From the NCBI GenBank assembly GCA_001871085.1, contig MNUQ01000113.1:11608-75607 (forward strand): 64,000 nucleotides of DNA, read 5' to 3'. The translations under genes were made by a program, and so were the position numbers. The notes below the pieces were generated by a model, which saw nothing but the letters and a program-made list of their open reading frames with translations, had not been told where the DNA came from and did not search any database. Origin of the DNA: Desulfovibrionaceae bacterium CG1_02_65_16. GTDB lineage: Bacteria; Desulfobacterota; Desulfovibrionia; Desulfovibrionales; Desulfovibrionaceae. Numbering within the stretch: the stretch's first letter is position 1; each line of letters begins with the position of its first letter. Below are positions 17,601 to 25,470 of this stretch, piece after piece.

Positions 17601-20600
17601 CGCGCAATATGTCCGCTTTGGGCGTGGCAAGCGGGAAGTCATGGCGCGTCAGGATCGGTCTCTGCCGCTGTTCCAGCATCACCGCCCCTGCCGACGAGAA
17701 GGCCAAACCCAGGGCCTGGAAGCGCTCCGGCAAGGCCTTGATCCAGGCCTCCACATTCTTGGTCGGCACGGTGGCTCCAAGCTGGAGCGGCAGAATCATG
17801 TGGAAGATCTTCCAGTGGCGCGGGTGGTTCCGCAGCAGCGCACTTTGGACGGGGAGCAGGGGCACGGTCTGCCCCGCAACAACCGGGGCGTAGGCGGCAT
17901 CACCGCCGGGCCGACCCTCGGCGGCGCGTTCCAGCAGGGCGCAGAGGTCCGCAAAATCGGGAGTGCGCAGGAAATCCGGCGCGGACAGGGACGTTATGCC
18001 GCTTCTGTGCAAAATTCCCGTGATCTGGATGGCCTTGATGGAATCGCCGCCCGCCCGGAAGAAGTCGGCGGGCTCACCGGCTTCAACGTGCAGCACCTCG
18101 GCCCAGGCGTCTGCGAGCGTCTGACGCGGATCTCGCCGGGGGCTGCCGTCCGCCCCGGCCCCGGCAAGGTCTTTCGCCATGTCGCGCAGCAGCTCGCTCA
18201 GGAAGGCCTCGCCATCGGGGATGACGCCCGCGTCGTGCTCCAGCACGAGCCGTGCGTCGGCCCCGGTCTGCAGCATGAAGCTGCCCGAGAATTTGCAGGC
18301 CCGCAGCAGGGGCGCCAAACGGTCAATGGAGAGCCCTTCCGCGGCTATGGGGTCCACATGCGCGTGGGTGACCAGAAAGTCCGGCACGATCCCGGTGAGG
18401 ACAAAGCGGCTGTGGGCCAGGGCCTCCCGCAGTTGCCGGGCGGCTGCGCCCGCCGCCGCCACTGCATCGGCCGCCGCTGGCAGGCGCAAAGCCACAGTGT
18501 TGACGAAGAATCCCGCTGTGCAAAAGTCCTCCTGCGTCTCGCGCAGGCCAACGGGCACGCTCAGGAGCACTTCTTCGAGGCCGAATTTTCGGCACAGGAA
18601 GCGGGCCAGCAGCGCGGTGAAGCAGGCCAAAACCGTTGCGCCGGAGGACGCGGCCAGCCGGTCGAGCCCGGCCTGGATCTCGGGCGGCAGGGCGATGATC
18701 GTCATGGCGCCGGCGCCCGTGGGCGAAATGCTGGCGAGCGCCGGCGGCGGGGTCAGCCGCGTCCGCCAATACGCGACGTCCGCGCGGGCCGCCTCTGAGC
18801 GTAGATACTCCTCCTCGCGTCGGCAGAACTCCGCCTGCGCGGCAAGGGAACCCTTGGGGGGCTGGCCGCCGTGCAGATGCTCCAGGGCGTTTTGCACCAG
18901 CATTTCAAGGGTCTCGCCATCGCCCGCGATGTGGTGGACCAGCACAAGCAGTAGCAAGCGGTCCGCCAGCCTGACCAGGGTCAGGCGCACGGGCGGCGCG
19001 GCGCGCAAATCGAAAGGCGTGTGGATCAGGGCGTCGAAATGCGCCATGGCCGCATCCGCGTCCGCGAATTCCGCAACGCATAGAGGAACCGTGGCGGCCT
19101 TGGCGCGCTCAAAGCGCGGGGTGTCGATGTCCCCGGCGATGACGCAGCAGAGCAGCTCCTGCTCGCTGATGGCCGTGTGCAGCGCCTCCACAAAACGCCC
19201 GGCCTCCCGCCCGCGCAGTTCCAACAGCAGGGGCATGTTGTAGTCGATGGAGCCCGCGTTGGCCTGCTGATACGCCCAGAGGCGGAACTGTCCGCGGCTT
19301 AAGGGGGCGGTGTCGCAGTGCCCGGGCGCGGGCTTTTCCGCGCGGCCATGCAGCAGGGCCTCAAGGTCGAACAGGCTTTCGCAGGTCACAAAGTCCCGAA
19401 AGGCCAAGTCCACGGCGTAAAGCTTGCGGAGCTGGTGCAGCAGCGACATGGCGAGCAGGCTGTTGCCGCCCTGGTCAAAAAAATTCGCCTCCGCATTGTA
19501 CGGCTGGCCGAGCACCCGCTCGCAGATGTCCAGCAACCGCTGATCCACGGCGCGTTCGCTCGCCTTGGGCCGCTCCGGCCGGCGGGCGATGTCTAGCAGC
19601 GCCTGGCGGTCGACCTTGCCCGTGCGGGTGACGGGCATGGAGTCCAGCACGTGCCAGGACGAGGGAATCATATATATGGGCAGGTTCTCCCTGCTCCAGC
19701 CGACGACCGCCTCCGCCGTCGTCTCGGGCCGCAGCAGGAGGAAGGCCGCGAGAACCGCCTGGCCGGAGGGGTCCTGAACCGTAAGAATGGCCGCCTGGCG
19801 CACGCCTGGACAGCCCTCCATCAGATGCTTGACCTCGCCCAGCTCCACACGGTTGCCCCGAATCTTCACTTGGTCGTCGGCACGACCCACCAAAATCAGC
19901 TCCCCCGCTTCGGACCACAGGGCCAGGTCGCCGGTGGCGTAGGCCGTGGGGCCGCTCTGGCCCGGAAACGGCCGGAAGCGCCGCTCCGTCAGCTCCGGGT
20001 TATGGTGGTAGCCCAGGGCCACGCTGGCTCCGCCGATCCACAGCTCGCCCACCATGCCTGCCGGTCTGCGCAGCCCCTGGCGGTCCACAATGCGCGCCAC
20101 GGCGTTGGGGATGGGGCGGCCGGAACTGATGGGCAGCGTTTCCTCGGGCGAGACACGCTTCATGGAGGCGCAGACGCAGGTCTCCGTTGGACCATAGGCG
20201 TTGAAGTAGCGCAGCGCGCCCGCGTAGTGCAGGGCATCCGCCGCCACGGGCGGCTCCCCGGCGGTGATGAGCACGCGCAAGGACGCAAAGGGCTCCCGTT
20301 CGAACAGGCGCAGGTAGGACGGCGGGAAGGTGACGACGCTGACGCCGTTGTCCGTCATGTACTGCCTGAGCGACCAGGGCGCGTTGCGGCTTTCATCGCT
20401 CACCGGGTACAGGCAGGCTCCGGCAAGAAGAGCCATGAACATTTCCGAGAGCGACGCATCAAAAATAGGCGGCGCGAACTGGAGGACGCGGTCCTCCGGC
20501 CCCACCCCAAAAATCTCGATCTGCCCCTGAATCATGTTCACGAAGCCGCCGTGCGGCGCCAAAACGCCCTTGGGCTTGCCCGTGGAGCCGGAGGTATAGA

Positions 20601-22389
20601 TGAGGTAGGCGGCATCGCCGGATTTTGGCCCTTGCGGCAGTTCAACGAGAGGAGCGGCGGCGTGGGCGGGCGCGGCGGAATCAACAGTCGCCGTCGCGCC
20701 GGAATCGGCCAGGATGAACGCGCCGCGCTCCGCCGGGGCCTTGGGGTCCACGGGCAGATAAACTGCGCCGATGCGTTGTATTCCCAGCACAATTTCCGGC
20801 AGGTGCAGCGTTCGCCGGGCCAGCACGGCGACCACATCGCCCTTGCCCACGCCTTGCGCCGTCAGCCAGCTGGCGCAGCGAAGGGAGTTCTCCCGCAGCT
20901 GGGCATAGGTGAGCATCGCCCCGGATTCGTCGCGCACGGCCTCGCGCCGGGAAAAAATCCCGGCCTTCTCGTCGAAGAGCGCGGGTATGGAGGCTACAGG
21001 ATAGGGCAGGACCTCGCCCTTCTCCCAGTTTTCAAGCTCCCGTTTCTCCTCGTCCAGCAGGTAATCAAGCTGCGGCAGATCGGCACCGCCGGCCAACTGG
21101 TGCGTCAGGTGCGCAATGCGCCGGACATACCGGTCCACATCCCGGTCGGACAGGTGGTTGCGGCTGTTGCGCACCAGCAGGGCATACTGCTGCGTCAGAC
21201 ATTCTTCCATCACCAACGCGCCGAGGAGGGCCGGCTCCTTCTCGCTGTGGTTCTGGTCGATCCAGACGATGGGGAAGTCCGGGGTGCCGAGGGGCCGGCC
21301 GGGCAGATAATTGATGAACGTATCGGCTATGTGCGCGAGGTTTTTGTGGGGCAGCTGCCGCATGGCCAGTTGGAACGGCGTGCGCACGTGGCGGAAAAAG
21401 TCCGCGCTCTGCTTGCCCACGGCCTCCAGCAACTGCGCAAGGTTTTCGAACTGGCCCATTTCCAGAAAAAGCGAAGGCGTGGCCATGCGCACGCCCTGCC
21501 GCTTCCGGTTGGATTTGCGCTCCCCGAAGGCGATGGGCGTCTGGATGACGAGGTCCTTCTCGTCGCACATGAAGGAGACGATGAGCGCATGCAGGACCGT
21601 GAAGTATGCGGCCGGGCCGATGCCTCGCTTGGCCAGAATGTCCGCGATCTCCCGCGAGGTTTCCTCGGACAGCACGTATTTTTTGTGCCGCGAGTCGCCG
21701 AGCATGTCCGGCCGGCCAGGCAGTGCGCGGAATATCCGCCGCTCCGGCAACTGCTCCAGGTGCTTTTTCCAGAAGGCGACATCCTTCTTGGCCCGCTCCG
21801 ATACGCGGTACGCCTCGTCCGCCTCATACTGCTCAAGGAGGGAGCAGGGTTCGCCCAGGTCGAGCGGTTCGCCATGCAGAAGCGCGGAATAAACCTCCGT
21901 TAAAAACGACACGTGGAAAAAGTAGCCGAGCCCGTCGAGCGCAAGGTGCGAACACTTGAACAGGAAGACGCACTCGGACTGGGCCATGCGGATAATCGCG
22001 TAGCGGACGAACTGCTCGTCCACGGGTTCGTCGAGAAAGGATTCGGCGAAACGCTGGAGGGTCGCTTCCCGAGCCGGATCGTCGCGGAGGTCAAGAGTGC
22101 GGAGATCTACGTCGTGAGCCGTGCCGAAGTCGAAGCACGGCACGGCTCCATTTTGGCGCAGGGTGGCCCCCAGAAGAGGCATGTGGCGCATGACCACGCG
22201 GACCGCCTCGCGCAGGATTTCCGGCGAGACGTTTTGGGCGATGCGGAAAATCCCGCGAGTGGAGGTCTCGGTGTAGTCCGTGAGGGACGTTTGACAGCCA
22301 AGCCACAGCTCTTTTTGAAAAGTGTTGAAGGGAACCGTTTTAGATGATTCTCCAAACGCCTCAGCATCTTTCAAATGTGGTTTGTCCAT
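14599..22389 (-). CDS. Initiating NRPS: Cstarter-A(Tyr-type)-T-C-T-E-C(DCL)-T-(N-terminal part of C)
   Basis: N-terminal C 'SHLALDG'; A code read as DASTIAAVCK; T 'GGNSL'; C 'HHIAGDG'; T 'GGDSI'; E 'HHLTLDV..SHGR..SRSLGWFT..NYFG'; C 'HHLLMDGWC..VVFGMVTSGRP'; T 'GGHSL'; C start 'PLSASQQRIWFL'. Confidence 0.93.
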   Translation of the reverse strand: MDKPHLKDAEAFGESSKTVPFNTFQKELWLGCQTSLTDYTETSTRGIFRIAQNVSPEILREAVRVVMRHMPLLGATLRQNGAVPCFDFGTAHDVDLRTLDLRDDPAREATLQRFAESFLDEPVDEQFVRYAIIRMAQSECVFLFKCSHLALDGLGYFFHVSFLTEVYSALLHGEPLDLGEPCSLLEQYEADEAYRVSERAKKDVAFWKKHLEQLPERRIFRALPGRPDMLGDSRHKKYVLSEETSREIADILAKRGIGPAAYFTVLHALIVSFMCDEKDLVIQTPIAFGERKSNRKRQGVRMATPSLFLEMGQFENLAQLLEAVGKQSADFFRHVRTPFQLAMRQLPHKNLAHIADTFINYLPGRPLGTPDFPIVWIDQNHSEKEPALLGALVMEECLTQQYALLVRNSRNHLSDRDVDRYVRRIAHLTHQLAGGADLPQLDYLLDEEKRELENWEKGEVLPYPVASIPALFDEKAGIFSRREAVRDESGAMLTYAQLRENSLRCASWLTAQGVGKGDVVAVLARRTLHLPEIVLGIQRIGAVYLPVDPKAPAERGAFILADSGATATVDSAAPAHAAAPLVELPQGPKSGDAAYLIYTSGSTGKPKGVLAPHGGFVNMIQGQIEIFGVGPEDRVLQFAPPIFDASLSEMFMALLAGACLYPVSDESRNAPWSLRQYMTDNGVSVVTFPPSYLRLFEREPFASLRVLITAGEPPVAADALHYAGALRYFNAYGPTETCVCASMKRVSPEETLPISSGRPIPNAVARIVDRQGLRRPAGMVGELWIGGASVALGYHHNPELTERRFRPFPGQSGPTAYATGDLALWSEAGELILVGRADDQVKIRGNRVELGEVKHLMEGCPGVRQAAILTVQDPSGQAVLAAFLLLRPETTAEAVVGWSRENLPIYMIPSSWHVLDSMPVTRTGKVDRQALLDIARRPERPKASERAVDQRLLDICERVLGQPYNAEANFFDQGGNSLLAMSLLHQLRKLYAVDLAFRDFVTCESLFDLEALLHGRAEKPAPGHCDTAPLSRGQFRLWAYQQANAGSIDYNMPLLLELRGREAGRFVEALHTAISEQELLCCVIAGDIDTPRFERAKAATVPLCVAEFADADAAMAHFDALIHTPFDLRAAPPVRLTLVRLADRLLLLVLVHHIAGDGETLEMLVQNALEHLHGGQPPKGSLAAQAEFCRREEEYLRSEAARADVAYWRTRLTPPPALASISPTGAGAMTIIALPPEIQAGLDRLAASSGATVLACFTALLARFLCRKFGLEEVLLSVPVGLRETQEDFCTAGFFVNTVALRLPAAADAVAAAGAAARQLREALAHSRFVLTGIVPDFLVTHAHVDPIAAEGLSIDRLAPLLRACKFSGSFMLQTGADARLVLEHDAGVIPDGEAFLSELLRDMAKDLAGAGADGSPRRDPRQTLADAWAEVLHVEAGEPADFFRAGGDSIKAIQITGILHRSGITSLSAPDFLRTPDFADLCALLERAAEGRPGGDAAYAPVVAGQTVPLLPVQSALLRNHPRHWKIFHMILPLQLGATVPTKNVEAWIKALPERFQALGLAFSSAGAVMLEQRQRPILTRHDFPLATPKADILRAMARDLVSEVEPETGRTLVAGLATCGSQRILVLVGHHLTLDVLSLDILQGDLGRFLRGEPSGEGCGMATRALEAQRLADSGVFPTAEQTAFWESLLRTPVGTLSALREHVAAPGLITSRVLLSGFRPEQSPSVFADLLSALAVALKQAGQRESVLVTLKSHGRDELLPGQDLSRSLGWFTAVCPIPLTPAETCAKAAEVIRPVVRDAFTPLSCNAFGYLREREPDRFDARPQVGLNYFGARTEEKTEGDVVPLLSLAAPGDIAELLHPDFVPDCALDLTAWFDAAGELHLLAYYPPLALSEAWVIGLLEAWAEALRTLPAYQPPLPQHTLSAIHAACACQPEDIELIAKPWASHESMLYQHLAGDNGAYTQQIAFHLGGSVDEFLLMRAWAAVVERHESLRTLFPMPHHGEFFRVVLRQARTSAEYHDLSHLPPEAARAEADALLLAQRSKGFDLGCGPLLRSQFIRLDKDTLVLCWCFHHLLMDGWCIGILLEELFATYARLAGRASRSLPAPFRLAEYERWRAVFDKTAAKAYWAALLEGFTSLTGVLGSASVAKSGEGDPQTRTLTLDAELSQKLVTVAAAQAVTLPALIQALWALVLSAENGDCRDVVFGMVTSGRPAELSGVDRAVGLFIETLPVRARWTAESPLGDLLNDLKEQGLQQMRHGFLPMAEIGGKLLDHLLVFENYPFTSPFGEKGPRLLEVRGYEKIPYPLGISVIPGEELMLRFLYDPTLLPQPRVAVFMDRLRAALCAVAAHSDISCRGLEAAVAAVPHTEASHQLPVPQSADSQAQPPAGAGPLPTDDAATIVDVVREIYAAVLGHPNPSPDADFHLLGGHSLSIMSVMEQVGKRLNVKLSIDDILSNPTPRRLAARIRSVAVGAVSIPHVSPKGSHPLSASQQRIWFLQRLHEDTRVYQIPFAARLRVPVDKDALQKALLLLETRHEALRLRVSSQSPEQRLVPPGDLRLEFYEGPCPELEHGPSPMPFGLDRPLARFALYR

Positions 22390-22696
22390 ATGGCGACAAG
22401 TACCGCAATCAACGACCGGTTGGCAAGGCTAACTAACTCTTGGGGCTGTACTTTCACTTTTGCGTAAGCTATCCATCTTGCTGTGGGAGGCATCTTGCGC
22501 ATGTGGGTGTCACGGCTCCGGCGGCGCTTCCGCCCTCCTTGGGGTATCCGTGTGCTGACCGGGCTCGGGGAGGGGCGGACGCCCCGCTGCGCACACGCCT
22601 TTGGAGAGTCAGCCCGGCCCGCGGTTTTTAGCCCTGGCCTGTAACCGCACTCTGCGTGCGGACGCTGTATGCCTTGCGGCGTATAAGGAGGAAGCT

Positions 22697-23836
22697 GTGG
22701 AGAATGGTGGAATGGAGTGGTCGCAGCTCGACTGGAAGAAAGAGCTCGCCAACAATGTCGTTACCATTGACCAGCTCAAGGAATATGCCCGATTTGAGCC
22801 GGATGAGGAGGCGAAACTGCGTGAGGTTGCGCAGGTCCACCCCGTCAACATCCCCAGATATTATCTGAGTCTCATCGACTGGAGCGACCCAGGCGATCCC
22901 ATACGGCGGATGTGCTTCCCTGGCGTGGAGGAGCTTGTCGTGGCCGGAGCCATGGGCGAAACCACGACGGATCCCTACGGGGACGACAAGCACGACAAGG
23001 GCAACGGCGTGCTGCACAAGTATGACTACACCGCCCTCGTGGTGGTGACCGAGTGCTGCGCCATGCACTGCCGCCACTGCTTCTGCAGGCGTATAGTGGG
23101 CAAGCCGGGCGGCCATGCGCCGAGGGATTTCGCCGGGGCCGTGGCCTACATCGCCAACCATCCGGAGATCAACAACGTCATCCTCTCGGGCGGCGACCCG
23201 TTCATGCTCTCCACTCCCGCCCTGCGCTCCATGTTGGCGGCGCTGGCCGAAATTAAGCACGTGGACTTCGTGCGCATCGGCACGCGCACCCCGGTCACCT
23301 ACCCGCTGCGCCTCTTCGACGACGAGCTCATCGACCTGCTGCGCGTGTTCAATGAGCGCAAGACGCTCTATATCCCCACGCATTTCAACCATGTGCGGGA
23401 GATTACGCCAACGTCAACGGAGGCGGTCCGCCGCCTGCGGATGACCGGGGCCACCGTGAACAACCAGGCGGTGCTGCTGCGCGGCGTGAACGACACGGCG
23501 CAAGACATAGCCGACCTGATGGAAAGCCTGCTCACCATCGGCGTCAATCCGTACTATCTCTATCAGTGCATGCCGGTTTCCCGCGTGCGCCACCATTTCC
23601 AAATTCCGCTCAAGGCCGGAATCGACATCGTGGACAAGGCGCGCGCCAAACTCAACGGGTACGGCAAACGCTTCAAGTACATCATCGGGCACGACATAGG
23701 AAAACTCGAAATCTGCGGCATGATCGACAACAAAATCGTGCTCAAGCAGATCCACGCCCGCATCGGCCATCCGGAGCAAGCCTCGCGCATCATCATTCAG
23801 GAGTTGGACGACAACGCCGGCTGGGTGACCGTGTGA
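22697..23836 (+). CDS. KamA-family (lysine 2,3-aminomutase-like) radical SAM protein
   Basis: AAGGAGG precedes GTG 22697 (alternative ATG 22712). Motifs 'LHKY', CxxxCxxC in 'CAMHCRHC', 'LSGGDP', 'RIGTR', 'THFNH', 'NQAVLLRGVND', 'PYYLYQ'. Confidence 0.9.
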   Translation: MENGGMEWSQLDWKKELANNVVTIDQLKEYARFEPDEEAKLREVAQVHPVNIPRYYLSLIDWSDPGDPIRRMCFPGVEELVVAGAMGETTTDPYGDDKHDKGNGVLHKYDYTALVVVTECCAMHCRHCFCRRIVGKPGGHAPRDFAGAVAYIANHPEINNVILSGGDPFMLSTPALRSMLAALAEIKHVDFVRIGTRTPVTYPLRLFDDELIDLLRVFNERKTLYIPTHFNHVREITPTSTEAVRRLRMTGATVNNQAVLLRGVNDTAQDIADLMESLLTIGVNPYYLYQCMPVSRVRHHFQIPLKAGIDIVDKARAKLNGYGKRFKYIIGHDIGKLEICGMIDNKIVLKQIHARIGHPEQASRIIIQELDDNAGWVTV

Positions 23837-23838
23837 AC

Positions 23839-24597
23839 ATGAACCCCGCGACCCGCCGCGTTCAGGCCAACGCCCAGGCCAACGTCCAGGCCAACGGGCA
23901 AGGCACGACGCTCTACTGCATTCCCCACGCCGGGGGCAGCGCCGCCTTCTACGCCGCCTTGGGCGCGCAGCTTCCCGCCACCGTCGTCTGCCGTCCGCTG
24001 GAGCTGACGGGCAGGGGCAGGCGACACGGCGAGCCGATGCACACCAGCATGGACGCCATGGCGCATGACCTGTTTTCGCACATGACGCCGCAGGTCCCGT
24101 ACGCATTGTTCGGGCACAGCATGGGAGCCTATCTGGCGCTGCTGTGCGCCATTCTGGCCCAGAAGAACGGCATGCCGCCGCCACGGGCCTTATTCCTTTC
24201 CGCCGCCGTCGCGCCGGTGGACTGGGAGCAGCGCCGCCCCACAGCCCTGGCCGCGCTGCCATCGCAGGCCATGTGGGACCTGGTGGCGGGCATGGGCGGA
24301 TTGCCGGAACAAATTGCCGCGAGCAGGGAATTCCTCCAGTACCTTGAGCCGATTCTCCGGGCTGATTTTGCCGCCCTGGAGTCCTGGAATCCCGCGCCCA
24401 TGGCCCCCTTGCCGGTGCCCATCTCGGTGTTTCTGGGCGACGGCGACACGGTGACGGAACAGAAGGCGCGGCAATGGCGCCTGCTGACCAACAAGGAGTT
24501 CCGCCTCCATGTGTTCCCCGGCAATCACTTCTACTTGCAGGACCACTGGCGAGGCCTGGCGGACACCATTTCGCAAACGCTTGATCCCGCAAGGTAA
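23839..24597 (+). CDS. Type II (editing) thioesterase
   Basis: 'CIPHAGGSA', 'LFGHSMG', 'PILRADF', 'PGNHFYL'; ATG 2 nt after the KamA-like stop. Confidence 0.92.
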   Translation: MNPATRRVQANAQANVQANGQGTTLYCIPHAGGSAAFYAALGAQLPATVVCRPLELTGRGRRHGEPMHTSMDAMAHDLFSHMTPQVPYALFGHSMGAYLALLCAILAQKNGMPPPRALFLSAAVAPVDWEQRRPTALAALPSQAMWDLVAGMGGLPEQIAASREFLQYLEPILRADFAALESWNPAPMAPLPVPISVFLGDGDTVTEQKARQWRLLTNKEFRLHVFPGNHFYLQDHWRGLADTISQTLDPAR

Positions 24598-24600
24598 AAA

Positions 24601-25362
24601 ATGTCGGTTCCAGGCACATTCCCTTCGCTCCCGCTTCCGTCGCTACGCCTGGGAACAGTCACCTGCATCGGGGTGCTGCTTGGAGGGGACGCGGCCGCTT
24701 GGATCGAAACAGCCGCGCCTTTCGTGACGGAATCTGAACGCGTCCAGGCCCGCCGCTTTCTCCACGCCCAGGACGCCGCCCGGCATCTTGTCGGCAGGGC
24801 ACTGGTGCGGCGCGTGTTTGGCGCGGCCTTGGGACTGGCGCACCTCGGCGATTTTGCGCGCACCCCCCAGGGAAAACCAGTCTACCCGGAAGGGCGGCTG
24901 GCGGGGGGGGACACGATCGATTTTTCCATCAGCCATTCCGGGGACATGGTGTGGGCGGCCTTTTGCCGGGGCGCGGCCTCAGGCATTGGGGTGGGCATCG
25001 ATGTGGAACTGGCACGCCCCATGCCCGACCTCTTTGAACTCGCAGCGCAGCTGCATCCGCTGGAGTGCGCGGCCATACGGGCCCAGCCGGAGCCGGAACG
25101 CGCTGCGGCTTTCTATCGCTGCTGGACGCGCAAGGAGGCTGTGCTCAAGGCGCTGGGCCTGGGGTTGAACCAGCCGTTGCACAGCTTTCAGGTGCAGCCG
25201 GAACCCCGTGACGCGGATTGGCTTGTGTCCCTTCCCGGCCGCCTGGAGCAAGAGGCGGCTTGCGCCGCCTGGACGACCCGCGACATCGACGCGGGGCCGG
25301 GGTACCAATGCAGCGTGGCGGCCAGCGCGCCGAGTTTGCCGCTTGCGGTGTTTTTCCACTGA
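24601..25362 (+). CDS. Sfp-type 4'-phosphopantetheinyl transferase
   Basis: 'GKP', 'FSISHSG', 'VGIDVE', 'FYRCWTRKEAVLKALGLGL'. Confidence 0.93.
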   Translation: MSVPGTFPSLPLPSLRLGTVTCIGVLLGGDAAAWIETAAPFVTESERVQARRFLHAQDAARHLVGRALVRRVFGAALGLAHLGDFARTPQGKPVYPEGRLAGGDTIDFSISHSGDMVWAAFCRGAASGIGVGIDVELARPMPDLFELAAQLHPLECAAIRAQPEPERAAAFYRCWTRKEAVLKALGLGLNQPLHSFQVQPEPRDADWLVSLPGRLEQEAACAAWTTRDIDAGPGYQCSVAASAPSLPLAVFFH

Positions 25363-25470
25363 ACCAGTAGCCCCCATGAGGAAAAGCATGCGTCATCGTT
25401 CCCCCCGAAAAGCGGACGTGCAGGACACCTGTAGATTTGTCTTAGCCGCGAGCCCGGTCTAATTTCCGCC

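Larger units (their letters stand above)
1..25362. other. Hybrid NRPS / AT-less PKS lipopeptide biosynthetic gene cluster (may continue beyond window start)
   Basis: Contiguous NRPS/PKS genes with exporter, peptidase, type II thioesterase, Sfp-type PPTase and radical SAM enzyme, in two divergent operons around 22390-22696. Confidence 0.92.
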
